Of a stretch of DNA of 64,000 bases, positions 50,114 through 59,451 are shown in pieces (the stretch's first letter is position 1; each line of letters opens with the position of its first letter). A program made the position numbers and the translations under genes. The stretch comes from an uncultured Candidatus Saccharibacteria bacterium (GTDB taxonomy: Bacteria; Patescibacteriota; Minisyncoccia; Phycocordibacterales; UBA9973). The notes under the pieces are model-generated. The model saw nothing but the letters and a program-made list of their open reading frames with translations. It was not told the origin of the DNA and made no database searches. The stretch lies in the NCBI GenBank assembly GCA_964500465.1, contig CAZCNB010000003.1:13882-77881 (forward strand), given 5' to 3'.

Positions 50114-50593
50114 TTATTTCATATTACTCTTATATTTTCGTAAATTTACTTTTGCTAATTTGAACATCCTGACAGAAGCTTTGTCAGATGGTGTATTTGC
50201 GTATTTATTGTCTTCATATATAACTTCTTTAATACCATTTTGAATTATTGTTTTAGCACACTCATTGCAAGGAAATAAAGTAGAGTATAATTTACAGTTT
50301 TTAGTAGAGTTGTTTGCATTATATATTGCATTTTCTTCGGCATGACAAATATAAGCGTATTTTGTATCTTCTAGGCTTCCTTCTTTTCCCCAGGGTAAAT
50401 CTGTATTTTTTATTCCTCTAGGAAAGCCATTATATCCTAAACCAACAACAATATTATTTTGATCCACAATTACAGAACCTACTTGAGTAGAAGGATCTTT
50501 AGATCTGCCTGATATGACATGAGCCATGCGCATAAATGTCTCATCCCAAGATGTTGCTTTTCTAGGAGTAACCTTTTTGACTGATTTCTTCAT
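50114..50593 (-). CDS. dCMP deaminase (ComEB/DCTD family)
   Basis: RSKDP.TQVG, GYNG, HAEENAI, FPCNECAK. Confidence 0.93.
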   Translation of the reverse strand: MKKSVKKVTPRKATSWDETFMRMAHVISGRSKDPSTQVGSVIVDQNNIVVGLGYNGFPRGIKNTDLPWGKEGSLEDTKYAYICHAEENAIYNANNSTKNCKLYSTLFPCNECAKTIIQNGIKEVIYEDNKYANTPSDKASVRMFKLAKVNLRKYKSNMK

Positions 50594-50631
50594 AGGCTAA
50601 ATATACTCCCAATAAATACTAAATACAACTA

Positions 50632-51939
50632 TTATAGATTATCAGGTGCAGCTTCCAGTCTTAGAGTTACATTTTTCTCTATCCCTTTTGAAAGGACTCT
50701 AAATGTTACATAATCTCCAACCTTCTTATCTCTAATCAAATTGGCGAAACTTTGATCTTGGTCAATTTTTGTTCCATCTATCTCGAGGATTATGTCATTC
50801 TCAACTATACCTGCTTTATCAGCTGGAGAACCAGGTACTACAGCCAAATCTGCTTGATTCGTTCCTCGTTGAACCAAAACTCCATAATCTACGCTAAGAT
50901 TATTTTTTGCTTTAATATCAGCATTAACAGGTATATATCGAACACCCACATATGGTCTTACAATTTTACCGGTACTTTTAACTGAGTTTATTGCACTTTT
51001 TACACTATTTATCGGCAAAGCAAATCCAACATTAGACGAACCTTGAACCACTGCAACATTTATGCCAATAACATCTCCATGAATATTGAGTAATGGTCCT
51101 CCAGAATTACCTGGATTAATAGCAGCATCGGTCTGTATAACTTTATCAAGCCTCTCAGATTGACCCATGCCATTACCAGCTACCACTGAACGAGAAAGCC
51201 CTGAGACAACACCAACAGAAACAGTGTTTTTAAATTCTCCAAGTGCATTACCAATAGCAATTACCGTCTCACCAACATCTAAAGTATCAGAATCTGCTAG
51301 GTTTAAATATGGTAAGTCGCTAGCGTTAATTTTTACTAATGCTACATCAAGTACTCCGTCACGAGCTAGAACTTTTGCAGTGTATTTTTTACCATTGTTA
51401 AGTTGTACTTCATATATAGCATTAGTATCAGCTACAACGTGTTTATTTGTAACAATCATTCCGTCTGGTGAAATCAAAAATCCAGAACCACTTCCTATTT
51501 GTTTCCTTTCAGTACCATTTTGCTTATATATTGGTGTTTGGAAAAATCCTGGGAATAGTCCGCCGAATGGATCGCTACTTTGATCGTATGTAACATCATA
51601 TTTAGGAACATCTTTGCTTACAATAATAGACACGACTGCTGGTTTTGCCTTTTTTACTGAGCTAACAACTGTATCCTCAGTGTGAACCACTACTTCTTCT
51701 CTTGTAGGGCTTGCGGTTTCATTTGGCTTTGGATCAAATACTAAATTGTTAGTAGGAGAAAATTGGGCCGAATAATTTTTTGCTAAAACTTTAAAAATCT
51801 GATCTCGATAATGCCAAGCAATTAAGGCTATTAATGCTAAGGTTATTATTATAGTTATAAAACTTACAACAACTGCTCTAACAACAGGATCTTTAAACAT
51901 TTTATTAATCTTTTCTTTGTTTAGATTTGAGTTTTGCAT
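50632..51939 (-). CDS. htrA: HtrA/DegP-like serine protease with PDZ domain
   Basis: TM anchor, GSGF..TNKHVV, D, QTDAAINPGNSGGPL, PDZ. Confidence 0.93.
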   Translation of the reverse strand: MQNSNLNKEKINKMFKDPVVRAVVVSFITIIITLALIALIAWHYRDQIFKVLAKNYSAQFSPTNNLVFDPKPNETASPTREEVVVHTEDTVVSSVKKAKPAVVSIIVSKDVPKYDVTYDQSSDPFGGLFPGFFQTPIYKQNGTERKQIGSGSGFLISPDGMIVTNKHVVADTNAIYEVQLNNGKKYTAKVLARDGVLDVALVKINASDLPYLNLADSDTLDVGETVIAIGNALGEFKNTVSVGVVSGLSRSVVAGNGMGQSERLDKVIQTDAAINPGNSGGPLLNIHGDVIGINVAVVQGSSNVGFALPINSVKSAINSVKSTGKIVRPYVGVRYIPVNADIKAKNNLSVDYGVLVQRGTNQADLAVVPGSPADKAGIVENDIILEIDGTKIDQDQSFANLIRDKKVGDYVTFRVLSKGIEKNVTLRLEAAPDNL

Positions 51940-51997
51940 ATGTTTTTATAATTACCTATATAATAAATATTAAAAAAACCACATTAATTGTCAATAT

Positions 51998-52627
51998 TTA
52001 TCTAACTACGAAAAAACCAAGTATCATAGCAGTAAAATTCATAATTGTATGTGATATAGAAATCATAATTAGATTTGGATACTTATAATACATGAGCGCA
52101 AATCCTAATCCCCCAATAAATGTAAGTGGTAAAATAATGTCGGTATTTATATATATAATGTGTATCAGAGCAAAAAGTGAAGCATTTAATAAAATAATAA
52201 AAGGTACATTATTAAAGGCTTTTATTAACATACGCATTAGTATTCCCCTAAACACTATTTCTTGTAAAACACTTATTGGGATGAACAAAAGCAAGAATCT
52301 TACATCTTCCCACCATTCGTAAACTTGCCGAGTTTCTATCTGGGGAAACGCTTCAGATAACAAGAAAAGACTTATAACACCAACAACAGTAAATATAAAA
52401 TATGGGAAGAAATCTTTTAGAAATTTTTTTTGTAATCCCATATCGGCATAAGTCCATCCAGATCTCTTTATGATTCCATAAAGAAGTAACGAAACAAAAA
52501 AAAGCATTGTGACTCTAAACTCTCCGGGTACAACACCATAAAAAAGAAGCAGAATAGGGACTATATATAGATATAGTATTTGCACTATTACTAACTCTTT
52601 TTCTCGAATCCTTGGAGTATCCATCAC
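51998..52627 (-). CDS. CPBP (Abi/CAAX type II) intramembrane protease family
   Basis: QEIVFRG, FALIH, SH...N motifs. Confidence 0.85.
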   Translation of the reverse strand: MMDTPRIREKELVIVQILYLYIVPILLLFYGVVPGEFRVTMLFFVSLLLYGIIKRSGWTYADMGLQKKFLKDFFPYFIFTVVGVISLFLLSEAFPQIETRQVYEWWEDVRFLLLFIPISVLQEIVFRGILMRMLIKAFNNVPFIILLNASLFALIHIIYINTDIILPLTFIGGLGFALMYYKYPNLIMISISHTIMNFTAMILGFFVVR

Positions 52628-52646
52628 TCTACTATACTATATAGAT

Positions 52647-54293
52647 ATGTTGAGGCCAAAATATATACTAATTTTACTTATATATCTTTCTTTATTTTAT
52701 AGCGCTTATGGATTTAACGTAGAATACGGTACAGTTATATCCACGAATAAAAACAGTGTTATGGTACAGCAATCGAGTATAGGAAAGAAAACAAATTATA
52801 TATGTAATATAGTTAAGCTAAGTTGTGAAAAAACTAATAAATTTGTCTTAGATGGTGAAAAAACATCTATTATAAATAGTGACTTAAAAAAAGAGCTAAG
52901 TAATAAGAAAGCTCATCACGTTACTATATCTCCTTCTAGAAATTTTCTATCATACTATTTACCTTCTACTAATGAAAGAAATATTAGCGCTTTTATTATT
53001 AAGGATATAAATCTAAATCAAGATTATGAATTAAGTGAATCAAGAACTTATTGGGATTTGGTGGTTGATTTAAATAAAATATTTGAATTTTCACCAGATA
53101 GTAGTTCTCTAATATATTTGGATGATATAGATGGATATATGTCACTATACAAAGTGGATATAAAAGGTCTAAGGGACTCTAAGATAACCAGCACAAAAAT
53201 ACAAACAAGCGCTTACACTATAAATGATTTTGTTTTCTACAACGAAGATACAATATATTATGTTGGGAATGATAAGCATAATCCATATCAATGGTCTTTA
53301 TATGAGCTTGATTTAAAAACTGGGAAAGACAAGATTGTCGAAAAAGATGTATCTTATGTAGATAGGTTAAGAAAAGTGGGATCTGTAATTGTATTTAACG
53401 GTCTACAAAGTATTGGTTATGGTCCAAAAGTTTACAACCCTAAAAGTAAAAAAGTTTATTCTTTTAGAATTCCAAGTGTAAATCCAAAAAAATCTCTAAA
53501 TAATGAAGAGGTTGTAAAAATTGGCGATATGACAGGTATTCTTATGCCGCCAAAACAAGTAAAAAAAGACAGAGCATATCCACTTATTGTCTGGCTTCAT
53601 GGTGGACCAGTTAGACAAGCAAGCCTTGGGTATCATCCATATAATAGTTACGGAGTTTATGATTCAATACTAAAATTATTACAAAAAAATAATTTTATAA
53701 TATTAAAACTAGATTATAGAGGTAGCATTGGTTTTGGTAGAAAATATTCTGAAGCAATAAAAGGTTCTGTTGGTAAAGGAGACGTTTTAGATGTGTTAAA
53801 TGGAGTAGACTATATAAAAAGTAAGTTTAAAACAAATGAAGTATATCTTATGGGCAATAGCTATGGTGGGTATTTATCTCTAAAATCTCTAGTTGAACGT
53901 CCTGATGTATTTAATGGTGTAGTGTCCATAAACGGAGTTACAGATTGGGAAAGTTTGATAGTCAAAATGCAAAATTCAATATTTAATGCTGAATTTGACG
54001 GACTTCCCGACTTCAATAATCGTATATTGTATGATCAAGCTTCTATATTTAATAACTTAGATAAGATTGGTAACCAAAAAATTTATATAATTGCTGGAGT
54101 AGCAGATCGTACTGTTCCCTATTGGCAAGCAACTGACTTATACGAAAAGTTAAAAACTGCTAATAAAAACGTAAAGCTCATTTCATACAAAGGAGAAGGC
54201 CATGTATATAAACAAAAGAAAACTATAAAAAATCTCTGCGCTGAATTGTTTAATTTCGTAGGGATGAAAGTTGATTCTGAATGTAATAAGTAG
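52647..54293 (+). CDS. Secreted S9 family peptidase
   Basis: Beta-propeller N-terminus, LHGGP, DYRGS.GFG, GNSYGG, D..V, EGH. Confidence 0.9.
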   Translation: MLRPKYILILLIYLSLFYSAYGFNVEYGTVISTNKNSVMVQQSSIGKKTNYICNIVKLSCEKTNKFVLDGEKTSIINSDLKKELSNKKAHHVTISPSRNFLSYYLPSTNERNISAFIIKDINLNQDYELSESRTYWDLVVDLNKIFEFSPDSSSLIYLDDIDGYMSLYKVDIKGLRDSKITSTKIQTSAYTINDFVFYNEDTIYYVGNDKHNPYQWSLYELDLKTGKDKIVEKDVSYVDRLRKVGSVIVFNGLQSIGYGPKVYNPKSKKVYSFRIPSVNPKKSLNNEEVVKIGDMTGILMPPKQVKKDRAYPLIVWLHGGPVRQASLGYHPYNSYGVYDSILKLLQKNNFIILKLDYRGSIGFGRKYSEAIKGSVGKGDVLDVLNGVDYIKSKFKTNEVYLMGNSYGGYLSLKSLVERPDVFNGVVSINGVTDWESLIVKMQNSIFNAEFDGLPDFNNRILYDQASIFNNLDKIGNQKIYIIAGVADRTVPYWQATDLYEKLKTANKNVKLISYKGEGHVYKQKKTIKNLCAELFNFVGMKVDSECNK

Positions 54294-54328
54294 ATTTATT
54301 ATATATAGTGAGTTAAAATATATTTGTA

Positions 54329-54877
54329 ATGTTAAAAGCTAAAAATAGTGGTTTTACAGTTTTAGAACTCCTAGTTGTTATTGCAATAATAGGCATACTT
54401 ACTAGTGTTATCATGGTCTCACTCAATAATGCAAAAGTAAAAGCTGAAAATGTAAAAGCTGTCCTTGAAATAAAAGGATTGCGAAACGCTATGACAATGC
54501 TAGAAAATGACACTGGCAAATGGCCAAATGGTTGCCCAATTGATCAAGTGTCAAACCCTGAAGTTGATCTTACAAACGCAAATGCTGGATTGTTGTCTGT
54601 TCCAAGTGTATTTTCATCAGGATCTTGCAGTTGGAATGCAGGAGACATAGCAAAATGGAAAGGTCCATATACACAATCCGCAACTGACCAATGGAATAAT
54701 GCTTACGTGTTTGATCCTGACTACCATATATGTGAAAATTCAATCGATACTAGCTATCCTGTTGTTGTAACTTACGGAAGAAACGGTACTCAAGATTATC
54801 CTACAGATAACGCAAGCTCTGGTGGAGCATGCAATCTAGTAGATACTGATGATATATATGTAAAACTAATTAATTAG
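54329..54877 (+). CDS. Type IV pilin / pseudopilin (GspG-like)
   Basis: G|FTVLELLVVIAIIGIL prepilin motif, W.GPY..D.W.N.Y. Confidence 0.9.
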   Translation: MLKAKNSGFTVLELLVVIAIIGILTSVIMVSLNNAKVKAENVKAVLEIKGLRNAMTMLENDTGKWPNGCPIDQVSNPEVDLTNANAGLLSVPSVFSSGSCSWNAGDIAKWKGPYTQSATDQWNNAYVFDPDYHICENSIDTSYPVVVTYGRNGTQDYPTDNASSGGACNLVDTDDIYVKLIN

Positions 54878-54880
54878 TAA

Positions 54881-56353
54881 TTACTTCTCTAAATCTAAAA
54901 TATCATCTATGCGAATTTGTTCTACAAATTCAGGTACATGAGAAACTAATATCATAGCTCCCTCATACTCATCTAATGCTTTGGCTATTACAGGTAGGTG
55001 TCTGAAATTTATATGATTAGTTGGTTCGTCTAGAATGAGTAGTCCTGGCTTAAGTAAAACTAAACTAGCAAAAGCAACTAAACCTTTCTGCCCTTCTGAT
55101 AGACTACCGATGCGAGTTTTTATAACATCGCTTGTTATTAAAAATGAAGAAGCGATAGAACGAATTTTTTCTTCATCGACTCTTCCTGTAACTTGCCTAC
55201 TTATATCTGATAATGACTCTAAAACGGTCTGTTCAAAATCAAGCGTAGAAAAATCCTGTCTGTAGTAGCCAACTCTTACCCCTTTAGTAACTAATGCACC
55301 CTCTGCTGTACCTTTCGCTATTGACTCAAGTAACGTACTTTTTCCTATGCCATTCGGTCCAGAGAGCAGTAAGTGCTTATTTTTACGAAGCGATAAATTT
55401 ATTTTTCTTTTTACGGGTTTACCCTTTTTTAGCACAGAAATAGATGAGAATGAAAGTATGTCTCCTATTAAATCTCCTTGGAACGGAATTGTGAAATTTT
55501 TGATTGTTTTATCTTCTTTTCGAACATCTACTTTTTCTTCTTCTAACTCCTCTGCTAAGTCACGCATTCTTTTTGCAACTGCACGAAGATTTCCTCCTTT
55601 CATAGCAAAAGCATTTGCTTGATCTTTTTTTGCTTGAATTTCTTTTGACAAAAGTGCATTTTTTCTATTCTCCTTCTCCATGCGAACCTCTATTTGATTC
55701 CTAACATCTGTATAATTACCCACATATTGTTCAATTTTTTTAGTATAAACATCTAAATATAGAACAGCATCAGTAAAAGCATTTAGAAACGTAGCATCAT
55801 GCGAGATGACAATAACAGTCTTTTTATAATTTACTAGAAATTCAGTTAAGTGCGCTATTCCACTCTTATCAAGATTATTTGTAGGCTCATCAAGCAATAG
55901 GACATCTGGCTCTTGAATAAGAGCAGATGCTAAAAGAAGCCTTGCCTGTTGTCCTCCTGAAAAAGATCTAATAATCCTATCGTGAACATGTGTATGGCCT
56001 TTTAAATTTACGACTTCAAGAACATCATCTATGCGAGGATCAATATCATAAACTTTATTTTTGAAACATTTCTGGAAAAATTCACGAACCGTCAGATCCA
56101 GTTCATCTCTAGGTATTACCTGGCGAGATAATGCAATGGTTGTTCTTTGTGCAATATGTATCTGGCCATTTTCTGGATGATGTATTCCAGTGATTAACCC
56201 AAACAAAGTACTCTTACCCGCCCCGTTTTGGCCCATTATAGTCACCTTCATTCCTTTTCTAATAGAAAAATCAACCGTATCTAGTATCGGTTTGTTGTGG
56301 CCATATTCAAATGAAACTTTTTCGAATCTTATTACTACCTCTCCGTGAGCCAT
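54881..56353 (-). CDS. ABC-F family ATPase
   Basis: Two ABC domains (GQNGAGKS, GPNGIGKS), LDEPTN twice, no TM. Confidence 0.92.
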   Translation of the reverse strand: MAHGEVVIRFEKVSFEYGHNKPILDTVDFSIRKGMKVTIMGQNGAGKSTLFGLITGIHHPENGQIHIAQRTTIALSRQVIPRDELDLTVREFFQKCFKNKVYDIDPRIDDVLEVVNLKGHTHVHDRIIRSFSGGQQARLLLASALIQEPDVLLLDEPTNNLDKSGIAHLTEFLVNYKKTVIVISHDATFLNAFTDAVLYLDVYTKKIEQYVGNYTDVRNQIEVRMEKENRKNALLSKEIQAKKDQANAFAMKGGNLRAVAKRMRDLAEELEEEKVDVRKEDKTIKNFTIPFQGDLIGDILSFSSISVLKKGKPVKRKINLSLRKNKHLLLSGPNGIGKSTLLESIAKGTAEGALVTKGVRVGYYRQDFSTLDFEQTVLESLSDISRQVTGRVDEEKIRSIASSFLITSDVIKTRIGSLSEGQKGLVAFASLVLLKPGLLILDEPTNHINFRHLPVIAKALDEYEGAMILVSHVPEFVEQIRIDDILDLEK

Positions 56354-56391
56354 AGTTTTCTATATTAACTTATCATTAAGAAATATGCTAA

Positions 56392-56763
56392 TTATTTCAA
56401 TAGTAATTTAACTTTTTGAACATCGTCACTTATCTGTGTAGCGAGTTCAAGTGCATTATCAAACATCTTAACGTCTCTAATTTTCTCTACAATATCTATT
56501 TCTATATCTTTACCATATGTAACAGGAACATTTCCATCTGTAACATCTATTAGGTGAACTTCTAGAGATTTTTCGCTCAAATCAAAGGTTGGTATAGGAC
56601 CATAATGTAATGCACCTTTGAAAGTTTGGTCATCTACTACTACCCATGTAGCGTAAACTCCATTATCAAAATGGAAATCTCCTGGAATTATAAGGTTCAC
56701 AGTAGGAAAACCTATTTTTCTTCCCCTTCCAACTCCTTTAATTTGTTTTGTTCGATAAATCAT
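56392..56763 (-). CDS. Stand-alone riboflavin kinase
   Basis: G.GRGRKIGFPTVN, GVY, PTF, EVH, IRD..F; no FMN adenylyltransferase domain. Confidence 0.9.
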   Translation of the reverse strand: MIYRTKQIKGVGRGRKIGFPTVNLIIPGDFHFDNGVYATWVVVDDQTFKGALHYGPIPTFDLSEKSLEVHLIDVTDGNVPVTYGKDIEIDIVEKIRDVKMFDNALELATQISDDVQKVKLLLK

Positions 56764-57652
56764 AAGACTGTAAGCGACCTATTCTATAAATTGAAAATAC
56801 TAATAATATAACAGCTATCCATTGAGAAAACGATAAAGTGGTCTTGTAAAGAATTGCGTCTATCAATATAGCTATAAATGGAAAAGTTAATTCAAGAATT
56901 GTAGATATGTGCACTGGTGTCTTTGATAGACCTTTATAATATATCAGAAGCGCAACCATTCCGGTAGACACTGCAATTAAAGCAAACAAACCAAACTGCA
57001 CTCCAGTTGGTGTTGAGAGAGATTCACTGTAACCCATAAATAAAATAACAATAAGAGCTAAAAAACTAGTAAATAAAAATCTATAAAAAGTACTAACCTT
57101 AAAAGATATTTTATTTAAAATCAATTTTGAAAATGTAGTTGAACTTCCCCAGGCCAGAGCTGCGCCAAGCGCGTATAGAGCAGCTATAATTGTACCTTCT
57201 CCAGTAGAAAAACTTACGTGGCCGTTTGGAAAGGTAACAAAATATGCAGAAATGAGAGCAATAATGGCCCATTTTATATATTTTTGATTGAATTTTTCTT
57301 TCAAAAAAATAGAAGCAGTAGTTATGGCAAATATAGGTTGAAGTTTCTGAATGAGGAACACAACAGAAAAAGATATGAAATGTACTTTGAGTAATGCAGT
57401 TGTAAACCAGAGTGTTCCAAGAAGACCACTCAAAAAAGCTACGAGCAATAATAATAAAATTTCTCTTTTAGTTATTTTTTCTTTTTTTAGACTTTTTAGA
57501 ACGAAAGGTATTAATATGACTAAACCTATTAAATGTTCGAAGAATATTATTGTTATCGGTGGTAAACTATATAAATTTCTGCGAATAACTCCATCGAGAG
57601 CCCATAGTACCGCTGCAACTATTATAAGTATAGGTCCATTTATATTTTTCAT
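56738..57652 (-). CDS. EamA/DMT transporter, ImpX-like (probable riboflavin importer)
   Basis: About 10 TMs; AA.LW..DG, GTL...AL, QKLQPIFA..LKEK recalled from ImpX; overlaps the riboflavin kinase gene. Confidence 0.75.
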   Translation of the reverse strand: MKNINGPILIIVAAVLWALDGVIRRNLYSLPPITIIFFEHLIGLVILIPFVLKSLKKEKITKREILLLLLVAFLSGLLGTLWFTTALLKVHFISFSVVFLIQKLQPIFAITTASIFLKEKFNQKYIKWAIIALISAYFVTFPNGHVSFSTGEGTIIAALYALGAALAWGSSTTFSKLILNKISFKVSTFYRFLFTSFLALIVILFMGYSESLSTPTGVQFGLFALIAVSTGMVALLIYYKGLSKTPVHISTILELTFPFIAILIDAILYKTTLSFSQWIAVILLVFSIYRIGRLQSYDLSNKTN

Positions 57653-58273
57653 TTACTTTTTTCGATTTAGGTAAGTTGGGTGTTCTTCTGCAACTTGTGC
57701 AATATGATTGGCGTATCTTGAAAGAGCAAATAATACACTAGATAATCTATTCATATAAGAGATTGTATTTGGTCCAATTTTTCTAATACCTTCATCAAGC
57801 ACAGATACTATACTTCTCTCAGATCGACGAGCTAGAGTTCTTGATACATCAAGACTTGCACTTGCAACTGTGCCACCAGAAATAGTAAACGATGTAATCG
57901 GTGGGAGAATATCTCCAATGCTGTTTATTAAATTCTCAATTTTGGTAACTTCATTTTTGGGAACTGTCATATCAGACCCTGCGAGTTCCGCCTGAATAAT
58001 AAAAAGTACTTGCTGAATATGGTCTATAGTTTCACTATAAGTTATCGATTTTGATTTTATTTTTATCTTAAATTCTTCTTTGCTTGTATAAACCTTAACT
58101 AATCCTAGATAAGCGTTAAGTTCATCTACTGATCCAAGCGCTTCAATAACGTTAGCGCTTTTAGATACACGATGTTGTTTACAGTTAAAGAGTGTAGTTG
58201 TACCCTTATCTCCAAAACCAGTATAGAGTATATTTTTCTCTCTTTTCAAATGTTTTTTTGGGCCTTTTTTCAT
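57653..58273 (-). CDS. PduO-type ATP:cob(I)alamin adenosyltransferase
   Basis: YTGFGDKGTT, GSVDELNA.LG, RTLARRSER, YMNRLS..LF. Confidence 0.9.
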   Translation of the reverse strand: MKKGPKKHLKREKNILYTGFGDKGTTTLFNCKQHRVSKSANVIEALGSVDELNAYLGLVKVYTSKEEFKIKIKSKSITYSETIDHIQQVLFIIQAELAGSDMTVPKNEVTKIENLINSIGDILPPITSFTISGGTVASASLDVSRTLARRSERSIVSVLDEGIRKIGPNTISYMNRLSSVLFALSRYANHIAQVAEEHPTYLNRKK

Positions 58274-58371
58274 ATTTTGAGTATATCATATAAATAACTC
58301 GCGATAATGTCTTAATATTGTTATACTATAAGTAGTGAGTAAAATTATAAGACTTAATCGAATAAAATATT

Positions 58372-59241
58372 ATGAAATTTAGTTTTGAAGGAGGAAGAAA
58401 AAAAATACTAACTACCATTGGACTATTAACTGCTGCTGCGCCAGCAATAGGTCAAGGACCGAACGTTGAGAAGAGTGCGGAAAGGGAATTCGCTAATAAT
58501 AAAAATACTGTTGTATACAAGATAGGTGGTGTTAATAATGGTGGCGAGAGAAAAGTAAAAGAAGTACCCCAAGGATACGTTAAGGATCGTGTTGAAGGAA
58601 ATAAAACATTCTATAAAAAAACTATCGATGGTGGTAAATTAAAACTCGCTAAACCTGGTGATGGAAAAGAAAGTCCCGCGTATAAAAAATGGTTGATAGA
58701 TATGCTACAAAGTGGTACTTCCCCTCAGGAATTAGCAAATATGAAATATATATCCCCAGAAGCAATTCCTGAGTATCAACAATATTATAAGGAACCTGAA
58801 GTGGATGTAGTTTACACAGAAAAAGATGAATCAAAAGAAGTAGATCCTTTTGCTGCTTTCTCTAAAATGGGTGAAAGATTATTTGGACCTGATCGACATG
58901 CAATTGCTGATATGTACACTGCAACAAGAGATAGTAAGGACATTAAAGATGCTGGATTACTAAACACTGGTAACCCAGATCAATACGTTTTACTCAGGTT
59001 CATTGATGGTAATACCGGAAAAGCTACTGGTAAATTGCTAATGTTAGAAGCTTCTAGAGTTCAAGAATTTTTTGGTACTACTACTACTGCCAAATCAACT
59101 GAAGCGTTTAACAAGTTGATGAATGAAGCTGAAGAATTTACAAAATCTTATAAAAAAGGTAATACAACGTATCAGTATTCTCCAGAAGAATTAGTGAAAG
59201 GAGAGAATTTGGGTTCTAATGATGTAGCTGTTAAAAAATAA
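58372..59241 (+). CDS. Exported hypothetical protein
   Basis: 289-aa ORF with signal-like N-terminus, followed by a terminator. Confidence 0.7.
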   Translation: MKFSFEGGRKKILTTIGLLTAAAPAIGQGPNVEKSAEREFANNKNTVVYKIGGVNNGGERKVKEVPQGYVKDRVEGNKTFYKKTIDGGKLKLAKPGDGKESPAYKKWLIDMLQSGTSPQELANMKYISPEAIPEYQQYYKEPEVDVVYTEKDESKEVDPFAAFSKMGERLFGPDRHAIADMYTATRDSKDIKDAGLLNTGNPDQYVLLRFIDGNTGKATGKLLMLEASRVQEFFGTTTTAKSTEAFNKLMNEAEEFTKSYKKGNTTYQYSPEELVKGENLGSNDVAVKK

Positions 59242-59244
59242 AGA

Positions 59245-59283
59245 TTCTTAAAAAATCCCCTAGTAAGGGGATTTTTTAAGAAT
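59245..59283 (+). terminator. Intrinsic terminator
   Basis: ATTCTTAAAAAATCCCCT-AGT-AAGGGGATTTTTTAAGAAT inverted repeat. Confidence 0.85.
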
Positions 59284-59451
59284 TGATACTTATATTGACT
59301 TTTAGTGCTAAATATGTTAATAAGAGGTCAATTAAAGTACCTTACAAACATTGATTTGTAGAGTGTCTTTCGTCTTCCCTGCGATAATTCGTTGGAAAAA
59401 CGAAAGATATTCAATTATTTTAACCAATAAAACAAATCAATTACACAGTTT

